Origin: Cyanobacteria bacterium P01_D01_bin.156
GTDB lineage: Bacteria > Cyanobacteriota > Cyanobacteriia > Phormidesmidales > Phormidesmidaceae
DNA length: 64,000 nt
Direction of reading: 5' to 3'
Assembly (NCBI GenBank): GCA_039024555.1
Contig: JBCCQQ010000001.1
Location: 96,001-160,000, forward strand
This document shows, piece by piece, positions 1 to 9,477 of the stretch. The first letter of the stretch is position 1, and every line of letters starts with the position of its first letter. Made by a program: the position numbers and the translations under genes. Below the pieces are notes generated by a model that was given only the letters and a program-made list of their open reading frames with translations, did no database searches and was not told the origin of the DNA.

Positions 1-269
1 GCTCTAATCGCTAACACGGGTCCCGGAGCAGCCCCCGGAATCGTTGCCACAATGCCGGTTTTAGCAATGCCCGTTTGGTGCTCAATACCCCATTGGGTCA
101 ACTGTCGAGCAATAAAGTCTGCAGTCAACGTTTCTTCGAAGCCGAGCTCTGGCCGCTGGTGCAAATGCCGCCGCCATTCTACGAGCTGGGTCTGCAGTGC
201 ATAAATCTGCGATCGCACCTGTGCAGGTTGTTTAGAAATTATCGTGTTAGCAGGCAGCGTAGAAACCAT
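1..269 (-). CDS. M20 family amidohydrolase, 5' part (runs off window)
   Basis: Not in ORF track. Manual translation from ATG at 269: MVSTLP...LVEWRRHLHQRPELGFEE...IAKTGIVATI...GPVLAIRA, the typical M20D N-terminus. Confidence 0.9.
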   Translation of the reverse strand, partial: MVSTLPANTIISKQPAQVRSQIYALQTQLVEWRRHLHQRPELGFEETLTADFIARQLTQWGIEHQTGIAKTGIVATIPGAAPGPVLAIR

Positions 270-364
270 GGGAGCCCAACGGATATAGCATCTATAGTCA
301 GTATATTAATCTTGAGAATTTTTGCTTTTGAGCCGTGACAAACCGCTGTGGAAATTTCCCGCGG

Positions 365-420
365 GGTGCCGTTAGCAAAGCGTAACGCACCTCTGGACAT
401 TACCGAAGCGTGACGCACCG
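365..420. repeat. Two degenerate REP-like palindromes
   Basis: Minus strand reads GGTGCGTCACGCTTCGGTAATGTCC and GGTGCGTTACGCTTTGCTAACGGCACC, intergenic between bioD and the amidohydrolase. Confidence 0.5.
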
Positions 421-449
421 CAATCAGGTATCTTATTTTCAAAAATCTC

Positions 450-1145
450 TTAAGCCGCCCAAAATGCCTTAGGCATCAGGGTCTCTAACGTAAGCTGGCG
501 AGCCGCATCGCTCAGCTGGCCAAGATCTGTCGGATCTTGAAAATAAGGCAGTACCCCTAGAACAGGCACGCGGGTGAGACTACTGATCATGTCCGGTGGA
601 GTGAGCTGACCTACCTGGTCTACCGCCTCTGGCGTAGTGCAGTTGAGTACAATGCCCCGGAGCTGTAAGCGATGCTGACGGGCTAAGGCAGCATTAGCCA
701 CAGCAGCTGCGATCGCACCTAGCTTGACCGGAACCACCAAGACTATCGGCAGTCGCCAATCTGCAGCTAAGTCAGCCACCGTCATCTCGTCAGTCACGGG
801 TGACCCTAGCCCTCCCAGACCTTCTACCAATACCCAATCATGCTGCTGAGCGAGCGCTTGGTATCGCTGCCAGGCCGGAGCTAAATCCACCAAGGTATTT
901 TCCAGGGCCGCTGCCACAGGAGGTGCCAACGGAGCCTGATAAAAAACTGGATTGAGCTCTGCCAAGGACTGTTCTAGCTGAAATAACGATTGGAATAATT
1001 CGCGATCGCCCACACCCGCCTGAATTGGCTTGAGCAACCCCAAGCGACGGGACCCACAATACTTTTGCCAGTAAGCAACCAACGCACAGGTCAAAACAGT
1101 TTTTCCACACTCTGTGTCCGTTGCCGTAATCAATAATCCACTCAC
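450..1145 (-). CDS. bioD: Dethiobiotin synthase
   Basis: ITATDTECGKT P-loop, KPIQAG, PLAPPVAA, LVEGLGGLGSP motifs. Confidence 0.95.
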   Translation of the reverse strand: MSGLLITATDTECGKTVLTCALVAYWQKYCGSRRLGLLKPIQAGVGDRELFQSLFQLEQSLAELNPVFYQAPLAPPVAAALENTLVDLAPAWQRYQALAQQHDWVLVEGLGGLGSPVTDEMTVADLAADWRLPIVLVVPVKLGAIAAAVANAALARQHRLQLRGIVLNCTTPEAVDQVGQLTPPDMISSLTRVPVLGVLPYFQDPTDLGQLSDAARQLTLETLMPKAFWAA

Positions 1146-1240
1146 TGCTTTCTTCGCTCAATCACCTAAATGTCTGGGCAAGAAGCATCGCCCATCCTTA
1201 TACAAGAATCCTCCACAATTTAGCAGAATGAGCAACCTCC

Positions 1241-3247
1241 TCATTCCTCAGTGCCACTACCAACAACTTGAATATCCAACGTAAACTCTGATGTACTTGG
1301 GGAACGAACATCAATTTGATAATCTCCCCCTAATGGCAAATAACTGTTCCAGTACAATACTCCCTCAGCATCTGCCATGGGTTCTCCTCCAGGGAACAAC
1401 ACATCAAATGTCACCGGACCACTAGCCTGAACAATCCTGACCGTCATAATCTGTTGTTGTTGAGCATTCACCACGTATCGTTGAACTCTTCCAGGCCCCA
1501 CAGAGTTAGACCGCAGGGTACCTGTTTCTCCATCAGGAAATTGAACCCGCTGGCTCAAAATTTGTTCTTGTACTTCTGAAGACTCCTCAACAGGATCGGG
1601 ACTTTCCTGCTGTTCATTATCTCCATTGTCTGCTGGTAGTTCATCTTCGGGCAGAGTATCCTCTGGACCATCAGTGTCACCAGCCTCAGGACCGGCTGCT
1701 GCTGGCACCAAATTTAACGACAGTTGATAGGTGCCCTGCTCCGTGCCACGGGTTGTCAAAACTTGTACTGAGTAAGCGCCATCTTCCGGTAATTCACCTT
1801 GCCAGTCCGCAACTCGTCGTCCCCCACGCAGCTCCTTACCCTCAGGATCTAAGACCGACAGCACCACACCTTCACCGGCCAAACTTGTACGTAATGTTTG
1901 GCCCGCTTTTCCTGCAAATCGATAGCTGACCGTATCTCCACGATTGATACCGCCTTCAACAGTTTTTTGACTCCCAGGGGTTAACTCTATATCCGAGGCA
2001 TAGTTGGTGGGCCGATTATCCGGCTCTAGGGGCTCAGCCTCCGGCGAGCCGGGCTGCTGATCAATAGTCTCTATCTCGTCCGGTAGGGGTAATGGCTGGA
2101 TGCCGCCGCTTTGCTCTGGGGGGTCTGGTTTTACCACATAGTTCACCGTTGCCCAGCCACCAAATCCCGCTAGGGCGACAGCTCCGGCAAACATTGCCGT
2201 TAACGCTAAGGGGCTATCCTTACCTTGCTTCTGAGAGGTAACTACCTGGGTCTTTTTGGTGTAGGTTTTGACCTTCGGAGATGATATTTCTGGCCTAGTA
2301 CTGGTCTGTGTGACTGGGCTACCGACAGCAACCGTCCTCATTTCAGAAACCGGCGGCTGTTGAGTAACCGGTTTAGCAGGGGGTGGTACAGAGGCAACTG
2401 CCTCAGGACGAACGCTTCCTCCTTGTTGTAGAGCACGACTTATGTCACTGACAGACTGGTAGCGATCGCTCGGTCGATAGCTTAGGGCTTTATCCAAAAC
2501 TGCGGCTAGAGCGTCGCTCACCTGGGTGTGCGATCGCCAATTCCAGCTAAGACTAATATCGTCAAATAGCTCGTGGGGTTCTTTCGCTGTCAACAATACA
2601 ATGACAGTTACCGCCAGGGCATAGAGATCGCTACTTGGGTAGGCCCGGCCCGACTGCAGCTGCTCGCTGGGGGCATACCCGGCCTTGCCCACCGTTGTGG
2701 CCTGGACTACGGTGGCCTCTGTTTGCAGTCGTGTCACTACCTCTTTGACCACACCAAAATCAATCAGCACAGGCTTTTGGTCGCTACGACGCAAAATAAT
2801 ATTGTCAGGGCTAATATCGCGATGAATAATTCCTTTAGCGTGAATATGCGCTAAAACAGGCAACAGCTGTCCAAGAAACGCGCGTATCTCCGTTTCAGAG
2901 AATGCTTGGCCAGGACGCTGCTGCAAAATATCTCGATATGTCAGTCCCTCAATGTAATCCTGAACTAGGAATAAGCGCTGGTCCTGCTCAAAGGTGGCAC
3001 GGAACTGTGGAATCTGAGGATGACTAATCTGGTATAGGATTTCGGCCTCTCGCTGGAATAATTGAGCCGCTTTACTCGAAAAGCGATCGCTTCCCGCAAG
3101 TGGCATGAATTCTTTAATAACGCAGTCCTCTTCAAAACGCCCTTGATCTTTCGCCAAGTAGGTACGTCCAAAACCGCCCTGCCCCAATAATCGGGCAACA
3201 CGATATCGATTTTGTAAAAGAATACCGACAGCAAGAGCAGACTGCAT
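1241..3247 (-). CDS. Membrane Ser/Thr protein kinase with two C-terminal extracytoplasmic PPC-like beta domains
   Basis: LGQGGFGRTY, VIKEF, HRDISPDN, DFG; one TM helix (PLALTAMFAGAVALAGFGGW); two similar C-terminal domains. Start trimmed to ATG 3247 (track 3322). Confidence 0.9.
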   Translation of the reverse strand: MQSALAVGILLQNRYRVARLLGQGGFGRTYLAKDQGRFEEDCVIKEFMPLAGSDRFSSKAAQLFQREAEILYQISHPQIPQFRATFEQDQRLFLVQDYIEGLTYRDILQQRPGQAFSETEIRAFLGQLLPVLAHIHAKGIIHRDISPDNIILRRSDQKPVLIDFGVVKEVVTRLQTEATVVQATTVGKAGYAPSEQLQSGRAYPSSDLYALAVTVIVLLTAKEPHELFDDISLSWNWRSHTQVSDALAAVLDKALSYRPSDRYQSVSDISRALQQGGSVRPEAVASVPPPAKPVTQQPPVSEMRTVAVGSPVTQTSTRPEISSPKVKTYTKKTQVVTSQKQGKDSPLALTAMFAGAVALAGFGGWATVNYVVKPDPPEQSGGIQPLPLPDEIETIDQQPGSPEAEPLEPDNRPTNYASDIELTPGSQKTVEGGINRGDTVSYRFAGKAGQTLRTSLAGEGVVLSVLDPEGKELRGGRRVADWQGELPEDGAYSVQVLTTRGTEQGTYQLSLNLVPAAAGPEAGDTDGPEDTLPEDELPADNGDNEQQESPDPVEESSEVQEQILSQRVQFPDGETGTLRSNSVGPGRVQRYVVNAQQQQIMTVRIVQASGPVTFDVLFPGGEPMADAEGVLYWNSYLPLGGDYQIDVRSPSTSEFTLDIQVVGSGTEE

Positions 3248-3500
3248 AGCAACCATCCAAATGATGCAAACACTGTTAGCAATGAGTCGAGCGCCTATGG
3301 TGACGCCAGACAGCCATACCACTCTAGCCCAATGCTCTAGCTATGCTCTATCGCTTCAAGGTACGTTAATGAATGAGTAAATCGCAGCAATAAAAAAGAA
3401 GTCATATTCAAATTACTTGCTAAGAAAGGGTTTACGGTTAGTGACACCCTATTCCGGGAAAAATGGAGTCATCAGAACCCGATTTTTTCGCAGTACCGCA

Positions 3501-5006
3501 ATGCACTACGGTGTCACTCCAGCTGAAACTAGTCATCAGCCAACTCCACTCCTTACTCCTCGGCTCGCCTGCTCGCTGGATGGAACCTCTCCCGCAGAGC
3601 GGGAACAGTTGCGCATAAATACATTGGAAGCATTAAGCCTCCTAGGCATAGGTCCTATCCCTGTCTTTGAGGAAGCCGCTCAGAGCGTGTCTCGATTACT
3701 AGCTGCCCCCATTTGTTTAATTAGCATTTTTGACGAGCAACACCAGATTTTCAAAGCCTCCATGGGGCTTTCCAGTCTGGGGCTAATGAATCAATTGGCC
3801 GCTACTCGTGAACTGCCTAAAAATGAAGCATTTGGCACTCAGATCATTGACACTGGCCAATCATTGATGCTGTCCGATGTGAATCAGCATCCCGTTTTCA
3901 GCCAGAGTCTCCTGGTCCAAAAATACGGTGTCCAAGCATATTTGGGAGTTCCCCTGCTCACCTCCGATCGCTGCTGCATAGGCACACTAGAGGTAATGGA
4001 CATTATGCCCAGACAATACACACAGCAAGATTTAGCATTACTAGAGTTAAATGCTCGCTGGGCCATGAGCGAATACGAGAAACAATCTTGGTTAGAAAAC
4101 GGAAAAATCCAACCGAAAGCAAGCTCTGCTTCTTCTGGATCTTCGCCAAAAACAACGACTCAAGAAAAAATTGATACTTTACGCACTCACCTAATTTCTG
4201 ACCTGACTCAAGAGTTACGCAATCCATTAACCGCCATTACGGGCATGGCTAGCATGCTGAGTCGTAAAATTTATGGTCCCCTGACCGAGAAACAACAGGA
4301 ATACGCCAACATTGTTTTGAGCAGCAGCCAAAATCTGTTGACGTTGACCAATGAGATTATGGAACTAGGTGCTCTTGATGAACAACCCAGCAAATTAACA
4401 TTCTCACCAGTAGATATTGAGATGCTCGCTCAACAGAGCTTACAGCCTATCGAAGCAAGTTATCAGGATAAAGATCTAGACTTTAACCTCACCGTTGAAC
4501 CTGGCTCACGCATTTGGGCATTAGATAAACGTATTATCAAACAACTGCTTTACAATCTTATTCGCAGCATGGCGAAAGCATCCACGGAGGGTAGCACTAT
4601 TCGTCTACACGTTTCACGCAAAGATAACCGACTTAACTTAGCCACCTGGGTTTCAAATCCCTGGTTGGGGGAAGATCTTCCCCAGCCAGTCATCACGTGG
4701 GGGCAACATAATCATTTACTCCCTCAGCCGCCTGCATTCGAAACTGCCTACGATTTTGGCATGCCGACAGATATGACACCTGAATCTATTGAGGCAGGGT
4801 CAAACGAATCTTATGAAATTGATAAGCGCCAAGAACTCGGTTTGCTCTTGAGCCAACAGTTAGCAGAAGCCCATGGTGGAGAAATTATTATGCAAGGCTC
4901 TTATAACCATGGATATCGCTATATCGTGAGTTTCCCACAATTTGAAGCCAAGCAATCCACAGCAGATGGTACTGTTCAGCCATCAATGAGTTTTGCCTAT
5001 AGCTAA
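3501..5006 (+). CDS. GAF-domain histidine-kinase-like protein with degenerate H-box
   Basis: GAF (AYLGVPLLTSD..IGTLEVMD), HisKA-like TQELRNPLTAI, HATPase-like LGLLLSQQLAEAHGG. Start uncertain (3417 or 3501). Confidence 0.85.
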   Translation: MHYGVTPAETSHQPTPLLTPRLACSLDGTSPAEREQLRINTLEALSLLGIGPIPVFEEAAQSVSRLLAAPICLISIFDEQHQIFKASMGLSSLGLMNQLAATRELPKNEAFGTQIIDTGQSLMLSDVNQHPVFSQSLLVQKYGVQAYLGVPLLTSDRCCIGTLEVMDIMPRQYTQQDLALLELNARWAMSEYEKQSWLENGKIQPKASSASSGSSPKTTTQEKIDTLRTHLISDLTQELRNPLTAITGMASMLSRKIYGPLTEKQQEYANIVLSSSQNLLTLTNEIMELGALDEQPSKLTFSPVDIEMLAQQSLQPIEASYQDKDLDFNLTVEPGSRIWALDKRIIKQLLYNLIRSMAKASTEGSTIRLHVSRKDNRLNLATWVSNPWLGEDLPQPVITWGQHNHLLPQPPAFETAYDFGMPTDMTPESIEAGSNESYEIDKRQELGLLLSQQLAEAHGGEIIMQGSYNHGYRYIVSFPQFEAKQSTADGTVQPSMSFAYS

Positions 5007-5020
5007 CATCTATCTAACAA

Positions 5021-5072
5021 CTTAATAACAAAAGGGGGCGGCTGAATTCAGCCGCCCCCTTTTGTTATTAAG
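5021..5072. terminator. 52-bp perfect palindrome, likely bidirectional intrinsic terminator
   Basis: CTTAATAACAAAAGGGGGCGGCTGAA|TTCAGCCGCCCCCTTTTGTTATTAAG, 14 bp after the kinase stop; GC stem followed by T-rich tract on both strands. Confidence 0.8.
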
Positions 5073-5644
5073 CTTATCGACAGAACAACATAACTTGAAC
5101 CGTTAGTCAATTCCCGAGGATCCAAGGTCAGCATTTACCGTACCATATGACCTCAACCTCAACGATCAAACATGTACTTTGGTATAAATACCAACAATTT
5201 ACAACAAAGCCTGAACAACCACTGAGACAATATCGTTAAAAAAGACAAGCGATTTAACTGAGCAGGAACCTGCTGTTTTTTGGGTATCCAAAGTATGCAG
5301 GCAAAAACGAGTGATTTCAAGATACCTCTAAATCCTTAGCTCTCTCACTCAGAGTTAATGACTTTAGAAATCTTTTATCGCCTTATCTAACAGGATGAAA
5401 AGTTTAAAGCTAGCTATCTAATAAATAAATACTGGCTTTTAGAAAACCATCCGGACAAAAGGACATATTTATTGCTGATTTTTTCCTGAATTTATCAGCG
5501 TGTTAGCAATTGCTGCCTAGGGTCTCATCGCTTTAATGCTGTTGATGGCCACGGTCCTTACCCAACTTTCCTTAGCCGCCCTGTTGCTTGCAACAAGGTG
5601 GTTGAACAACCTGCCTAATTTGTTTTCATTGGTTTTCAGAAATA

Positions 5645-8437
5645 ATGACAAAGACTAAAAGTTCTAAGGGACTCAGCTGGCAGCTTTGCAAGCCAGTCAT
5701 TGCATCCGCTCTTGCCATCGGCGGTGCATTTAACATGGTGAACCTCGTACTAGCCGAGGGCACTGACGCTGGTACACAAATTACCAACACCGCGACAGCG
5801 ACCTATCGTGACCCAGATGGGACTCCCCAAACCTCTACTTCCAACACCGTTGTTGTTGAAGTTGCAGAGATTGCTGGTATCACCGTTGTTAACACCTCTG
5901 CTGGAGAAGCAGCCACCAATAGCAACGGTAACAGTACTGTTGAGCCGGGTGAAGATGCGGCTTACGTTTTCACCGTGACTAACGTAGGTAACGATGAAAC
6001 GGATATTAGTCTGCCTGCTGTTGCCGACTTTACAGGGCCTGTCGATAGTGTTGTCAGCATTATTGCTGACCTAGATAATGATGGTAATTTTGAGCCATCA
6101 GAAGAGATTACTAGCCGTACTGATTTTGAAAACCTCGCCCCTGGTGCTTCCTTTAAGGTTCAGGTAATCGTCAAAACCTCCACCAGTGCACAGGACGATG
6201 ATATTATCACCGTGCAGTATGGTGACACCCCCGGTGATGGTCAGAACCAACCCTACGACTCCTCGGGTGGTAGTGTATTCACAGATGATAACGACAGTGA
6301 TGATGAAAATAACCTAAATGGTGCCAGTCAAACATCTGAAGAAGCTGGCCCTGAAGCTCCGGCAAACGGCGAACGTGAGGCCAGTGCAACCGGTGAAGTC
6401 ACCATTGGTAAAGAGCCTCTGCAACAGCCTCTAGTCAAATTAGAAAAGGATTTTACTAGTTACACGGCTGGAACCAGCAATGTTAATGATGATCAGCTCA
6501 CATATCAACTTAATGTTGATGTTCTAGACTCAACCAATGATGTTCCCACGGGTAGTGATGCAGAGCCTGCCGACCTACAGCCCATAACTATTAATATTGA
6601 TAGTGGTACGGCTAGGCACGTTTTAATCGCAGATGCCATCCCTGAGAAAACATCTTTGGTGAGTGCATCTGTAACAGGTGATGCAGCCACTGACAGCTGG
6701 GTAGCTGTTTATTCAACGGATGACCCAACCACAGTCAGCGCACTTGAAGCACAGTGGAGCACCACTGACCCAGGTACAGGTGTGAGACGAGTTGGTTTTA
6801 TTGCACCTGTTAATACCGAGATTGAAAGGACAGATCCAGTACTCACTGGATTCTCGATTACGATTGTTGCCGATGGTTATAACAATACAGATGCACCGGT
6901 AACGATTGCTAATATTGCCCAGGTCTTTGGTTCAGGAGCTGATGCGGATGATCCACTAACACCGGAGGATGAAACCCTTAAGTTCCCCGTAATGGATGAG
7001 TCTGGAGATCAAACACCCAGTAACTACGATCCTGCAACGAATACTTACAGTAACTTTGACCCCAACACAACTGATACCTCAGGAGTTGATGAGCCTCCCA
7101 GTGGCTTTACCCCCGGTGATGGCTACATTGATGACCCCACTGACCTGATCACCACTGGCGTCAGCGACAGGATCACCAGCAATGATCCTACTGACCCTGA
7201 AAGACTAGATGGTGGAACCAATGACACTGGCGACGACAACTCTGGTGACGATACGGATGGGAATGGTGAAGCCGTTGTTGTTGAGCTAGTTCCTCCCACA
7301 GAATCTGACTTACTAAACGGACCTGATGGCGCTCCTGATGCAGTTGGTCCCACTGGCCTCAATGATGACTTTACCAACAAGTCTGCGCCCTTCTCTGATG
7401 GCGACCCACCGGTTGTTGAATTTACTAACACCGTGGATAACTCCAGTACCGAAGGTGGTTGGGTCCGTCTAGAGCCTATTACACCTACAGATGCCAACGA
7501 TTTACCTGACGGTACAAAGGCTACCATCATCGCACCTAGTGGTACTCGCGTTGAATATACCTATACGGGTGGTACCTGGGCTAAAACTAACTCAAGCGAT
7601 CCTGACATCATCGTTCAAGTTCAGGCAGATGATGGTACTCCTGGTGGTGACGATGAATTTGACTATGGTGTTGAGGTTGATTTACCCAACGATCCGGCAT
7701 CTGACCCCACTGACCCAACAGTAGAACCAAACAAGATTCATGAACTAGATAGCTTCCCCGTACCCATCCAGGCAACCTTTGCTGGTGCAACTGCTGTCCA
7801 AACTGAAGATACGAATAACGGTGGTAATGGTATCGACAATACCGATATCTCCAATGTTTTGGATAGTTCAACAGTTCAGAACACAACTATCGATCGTGTC
7901 TACACTGGGTTCTTAAAACTGGTTAAGACCGCTCAAGTTGTTCGTGGTGATGGTCCAGAAGTTTCTGGTAACCCTGCACCAGGTAACCACATTCTTTATC
8001 GTGTTACCTACACCAACATCTCTGAAAGTGAAATTGCACCGATGCAGGGCAATGTGCTGCTAACAGCATCTGACCTAGTGATCATTGAGGATGGTACTGA
8101 GCGGGGTTGTTCTCTAGCAGCGTCTGATTCCAATAACTGGGCCTTTGACACCGATGGTAACAGTGAGCTGGATACTCGCCATGTGGCTGGTGCAGTAGAT
8201 ATGACTCACCTAGACAATGGTTCTACAGGTACTGTCTTGTTCTACAGTGGTGGTCCAGATTGTGATGGCACTGGAACAACTGGCAACCCAGACTTTAACC
8301 CAGATACAGCTGTTCAATCGTCTGAGCTCTCGGGCACGTCTTATAACACTGACACCACTAAGTACGCCTTTGACATCGAAGGTGACATTGAGCCCCTAGA
8401 GTCTGGCTACGTTGAATTCGAGCGTCGGATTAATTAA
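5645..8437 (+). CDS. Secreted acidic DUF11/Ig-like repeat protein (putative major filament subunit)
   Basis: Signal peptide ending VLA; N-terminal GTQITNTATATY; DUF11-like motifs (PGEDAAYVFTVTNVGN; LEKDF..LTYQLNV..IADAIP..IANIAQV; LVKTAQ..PGNHILYRVTYTN). Confidence 0.75.
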   Translation: MTKTKSSKGLSWQLCKPVIASALAIGGAFNMVNLVLAEGTDAGTQITNTATATYRDPDGTPQTSTSNTVVVEVAEIAGITVVNTSAGEAATNSNGNSTVEPGEDAAYVFTVTNVGNDETDISLPAVADFTGPVDSVVSIIADLDNDGNFEPSEEITSRTDFENLAPGASFKVQVIVKTSTSAQDDDIITVQYGDTPGDGQNQPYDSSGGSVFTDDNDSDDENNLNGASQTSEEAGPEAPANGEREASATGEVTIGKEPLQQPLVKLEKDFTSYTAGTSNVNDDQLTYQLNVDVLDSTNDVPTGSDAEPADLQPITINIDSGTARHVLIADAIPEKTSLVSASVTGDAATDSWVAVYSTDDPTTVSALEAQWSTTDPGTGVRRVGFIAPVNTEIERTDPVLTGFSITIVADGYNNTDAPVTIANIAQVFGSGADADDPLTPEDETLKFPVMDESGDQTPSNYDPATNTYSNFDPNTTDTSGVDEPPSGFTPGDGYIDDPTDLITTGVSDRITSNDPTDPERLDGGTNDTGDDNSGDDTDGNGEAVVVELVPPTESDLLNGPDGAPDAVGPTGLNDDFTNKSAPFSDGDPPVVEFTNTVDNSSTEGGWVRLEPITPTDANDLPDGTKATIIAPSGTRVEYTYTGGTWAKTNSSDPDIIVQVQADDGTPGGDDEFDYGVEVDLPNDPASDPTDPTVEPNKIHELDSFPVPIQATFAGATAVQTEDTNNGGNGIDNTDISNVLDSSTVQNTTIDRVYTGFLKLVKTAQVVRGDGPEVSGNPAPGNHILYRVTYTNISESEIAPMQGNVLLTASDLVIIEDGTERGCSLAASDSNNWAFDTDGNSELDTRHVAGAVDMTHLDNGSTGTVLFYSGGPDCDGTGTTGNPDFNPDTAVQSSELSGTSYNTDTTKYAFDIEGDIEPLESGYVEFERRIN

Positions 8438-8445
8438 GGCGAATG

Positions 8446-8520
8446 CATGGATAGCGACGGGGCAATCATCCATAGGGCTCCATCGCTATTCATCCTTAAA
8501 TGCCGTTGTTAACAACGGCA
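8446..8520 (+). promoter_or_regulatory. Intercistronic stem-loops after first cluster gene
   Basis: ATGGATAGCGACGGGGC...GCTCCATCGCTATTCAT imperfect stem, then perfect 20-bp palindrome TGCCGTTGTTAACAACGGCA (8501-8520). Confidence 0.55.
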
Positions 8521-8559
8521 AAACACCGAAGAAATCTTTGAAGTTGAACGAGAAAAATT

Positions 8560-9141
8560 ATGATGCAACGTCTTTTTGCAAAGAAACGTCTTTTGTTAGG
8601 TCTAGGAACGTTAGCGCTAATGGGTGCTGTTCCTTTTGCTACTAACCAGCCAGTAATGGCCCAGCTCCAGGAAGTCAAAGAAGCTATTGTACAGGCCGTT
8701 ATCCGTCCTGAGGTTAAGCTCACTTTAGGTGCAGAAAAGCAAATTGTTAGTTTAGACAAAAATGGCCAAGAGAAAATCTCTTGGGAAGCTCTGCAAGGCA
8801 AGGTCACCGTACAACCTGGTGATGTTATTCGCTATACCGTAGATGGTGCGAACTCTGGTGATGTAGAAGCTCAGGGTCTCTCCGTTACCCAGCCTATCCC
8901 TAGCCAGACAAGCTACATTCTAAAGTCTGCATACACTGATAGCAGTGCTGATATTGTCTACAGCATTGATGGTGGTGCAAGCTTTGTAGCTGAGCCCATG
9001 GTTGAAGTCACCCTACCTGACGGAACTGTTGAACTACAGCCTGCTCCTGCTGAAATGTATACCCACATTCAGTGGAACTTTGGTGGTGATTTAGCCTCTG
9101 CTCAATCTGTTAAGGCATCCTACAACGTCAAGGTTAAGTAA
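8560..9141 (+). CDS. Small secreted single-DUF11-domain protein
   Basis: Signal peptide; AEKQIV..VQPGDVIRYTVDGANSG..VTQPIP..YSIDGG..YTHIQW..ASYNVKVK. Confidence 0.8.
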   Translation: MMQRLFAKKRLLLGLGTLALMGAVPFATNQPVMAQLQEVKEAIVQAVIRPEVKLTLGAEKQIVSLDKNGQEKISWEALQGKVTVQPGDVIRYTVDGANSGDVEAQGLSVTQPIPSQTSYILKSAYTDSSADIVYSIDGGASFVAEPMVEVTLPDGTVELQPAPAEMYTHIQWNFGGDLASAQSVKASYNVKVK

Positions 9142-9151
9142 ATCGACTACG

Positions 9152-9186
9152 GGGAGGGTTTTACAATCCTCCCTATCCTTCTCTTC
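9152..9186 (+). terminator. Hairpin, possible partial terminator
   Basis: GGGAGGGTT-TTAC-AATCCTCCC followed by a pyrimidine-rich tract, just after stop 9141. Confidence 0.45.
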
Positions 9187-9477
9187 AGAACCAGTATTTT
9201 TTCACCTTAAATACTCTCATATCAATGCTCTAACCTCTTTTAAGAGAAAGCCATTTTCTAGATCATTGATAACATCTGCGCCCTAGATATCAGGTGTGCT
9301 TGATTTTTGGCGACCTAAACCGACACTCTCTGAAGATCTCTGAACTGTATATACAACAATTCAGAAATGCTTCCGGCAATAAATCAAAGTGAGTGAGATC
9401 AGGTTTACGCCAACACTGAGCAGCTAGTTCGCGATTAGATAACCGCTGCTATCGCTAGTTTTTTTGATTATTCAGGT

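Noticed and set aside
325..410. c-di-GMP-I riboswitch-like words (ACAAACC..GGAAA..GCAAAGC)
   Set aside because: Spacing and pairing do not fit, it is on the opposite strand to the flanking genes, and REP-like hairpins explain it better.
75..442. Track ORFs 75-338 (+) and 239-442 (-)
   Set aside because: Shadows of the real amidohydrolase start (269, minus) and the intergenic repeats.
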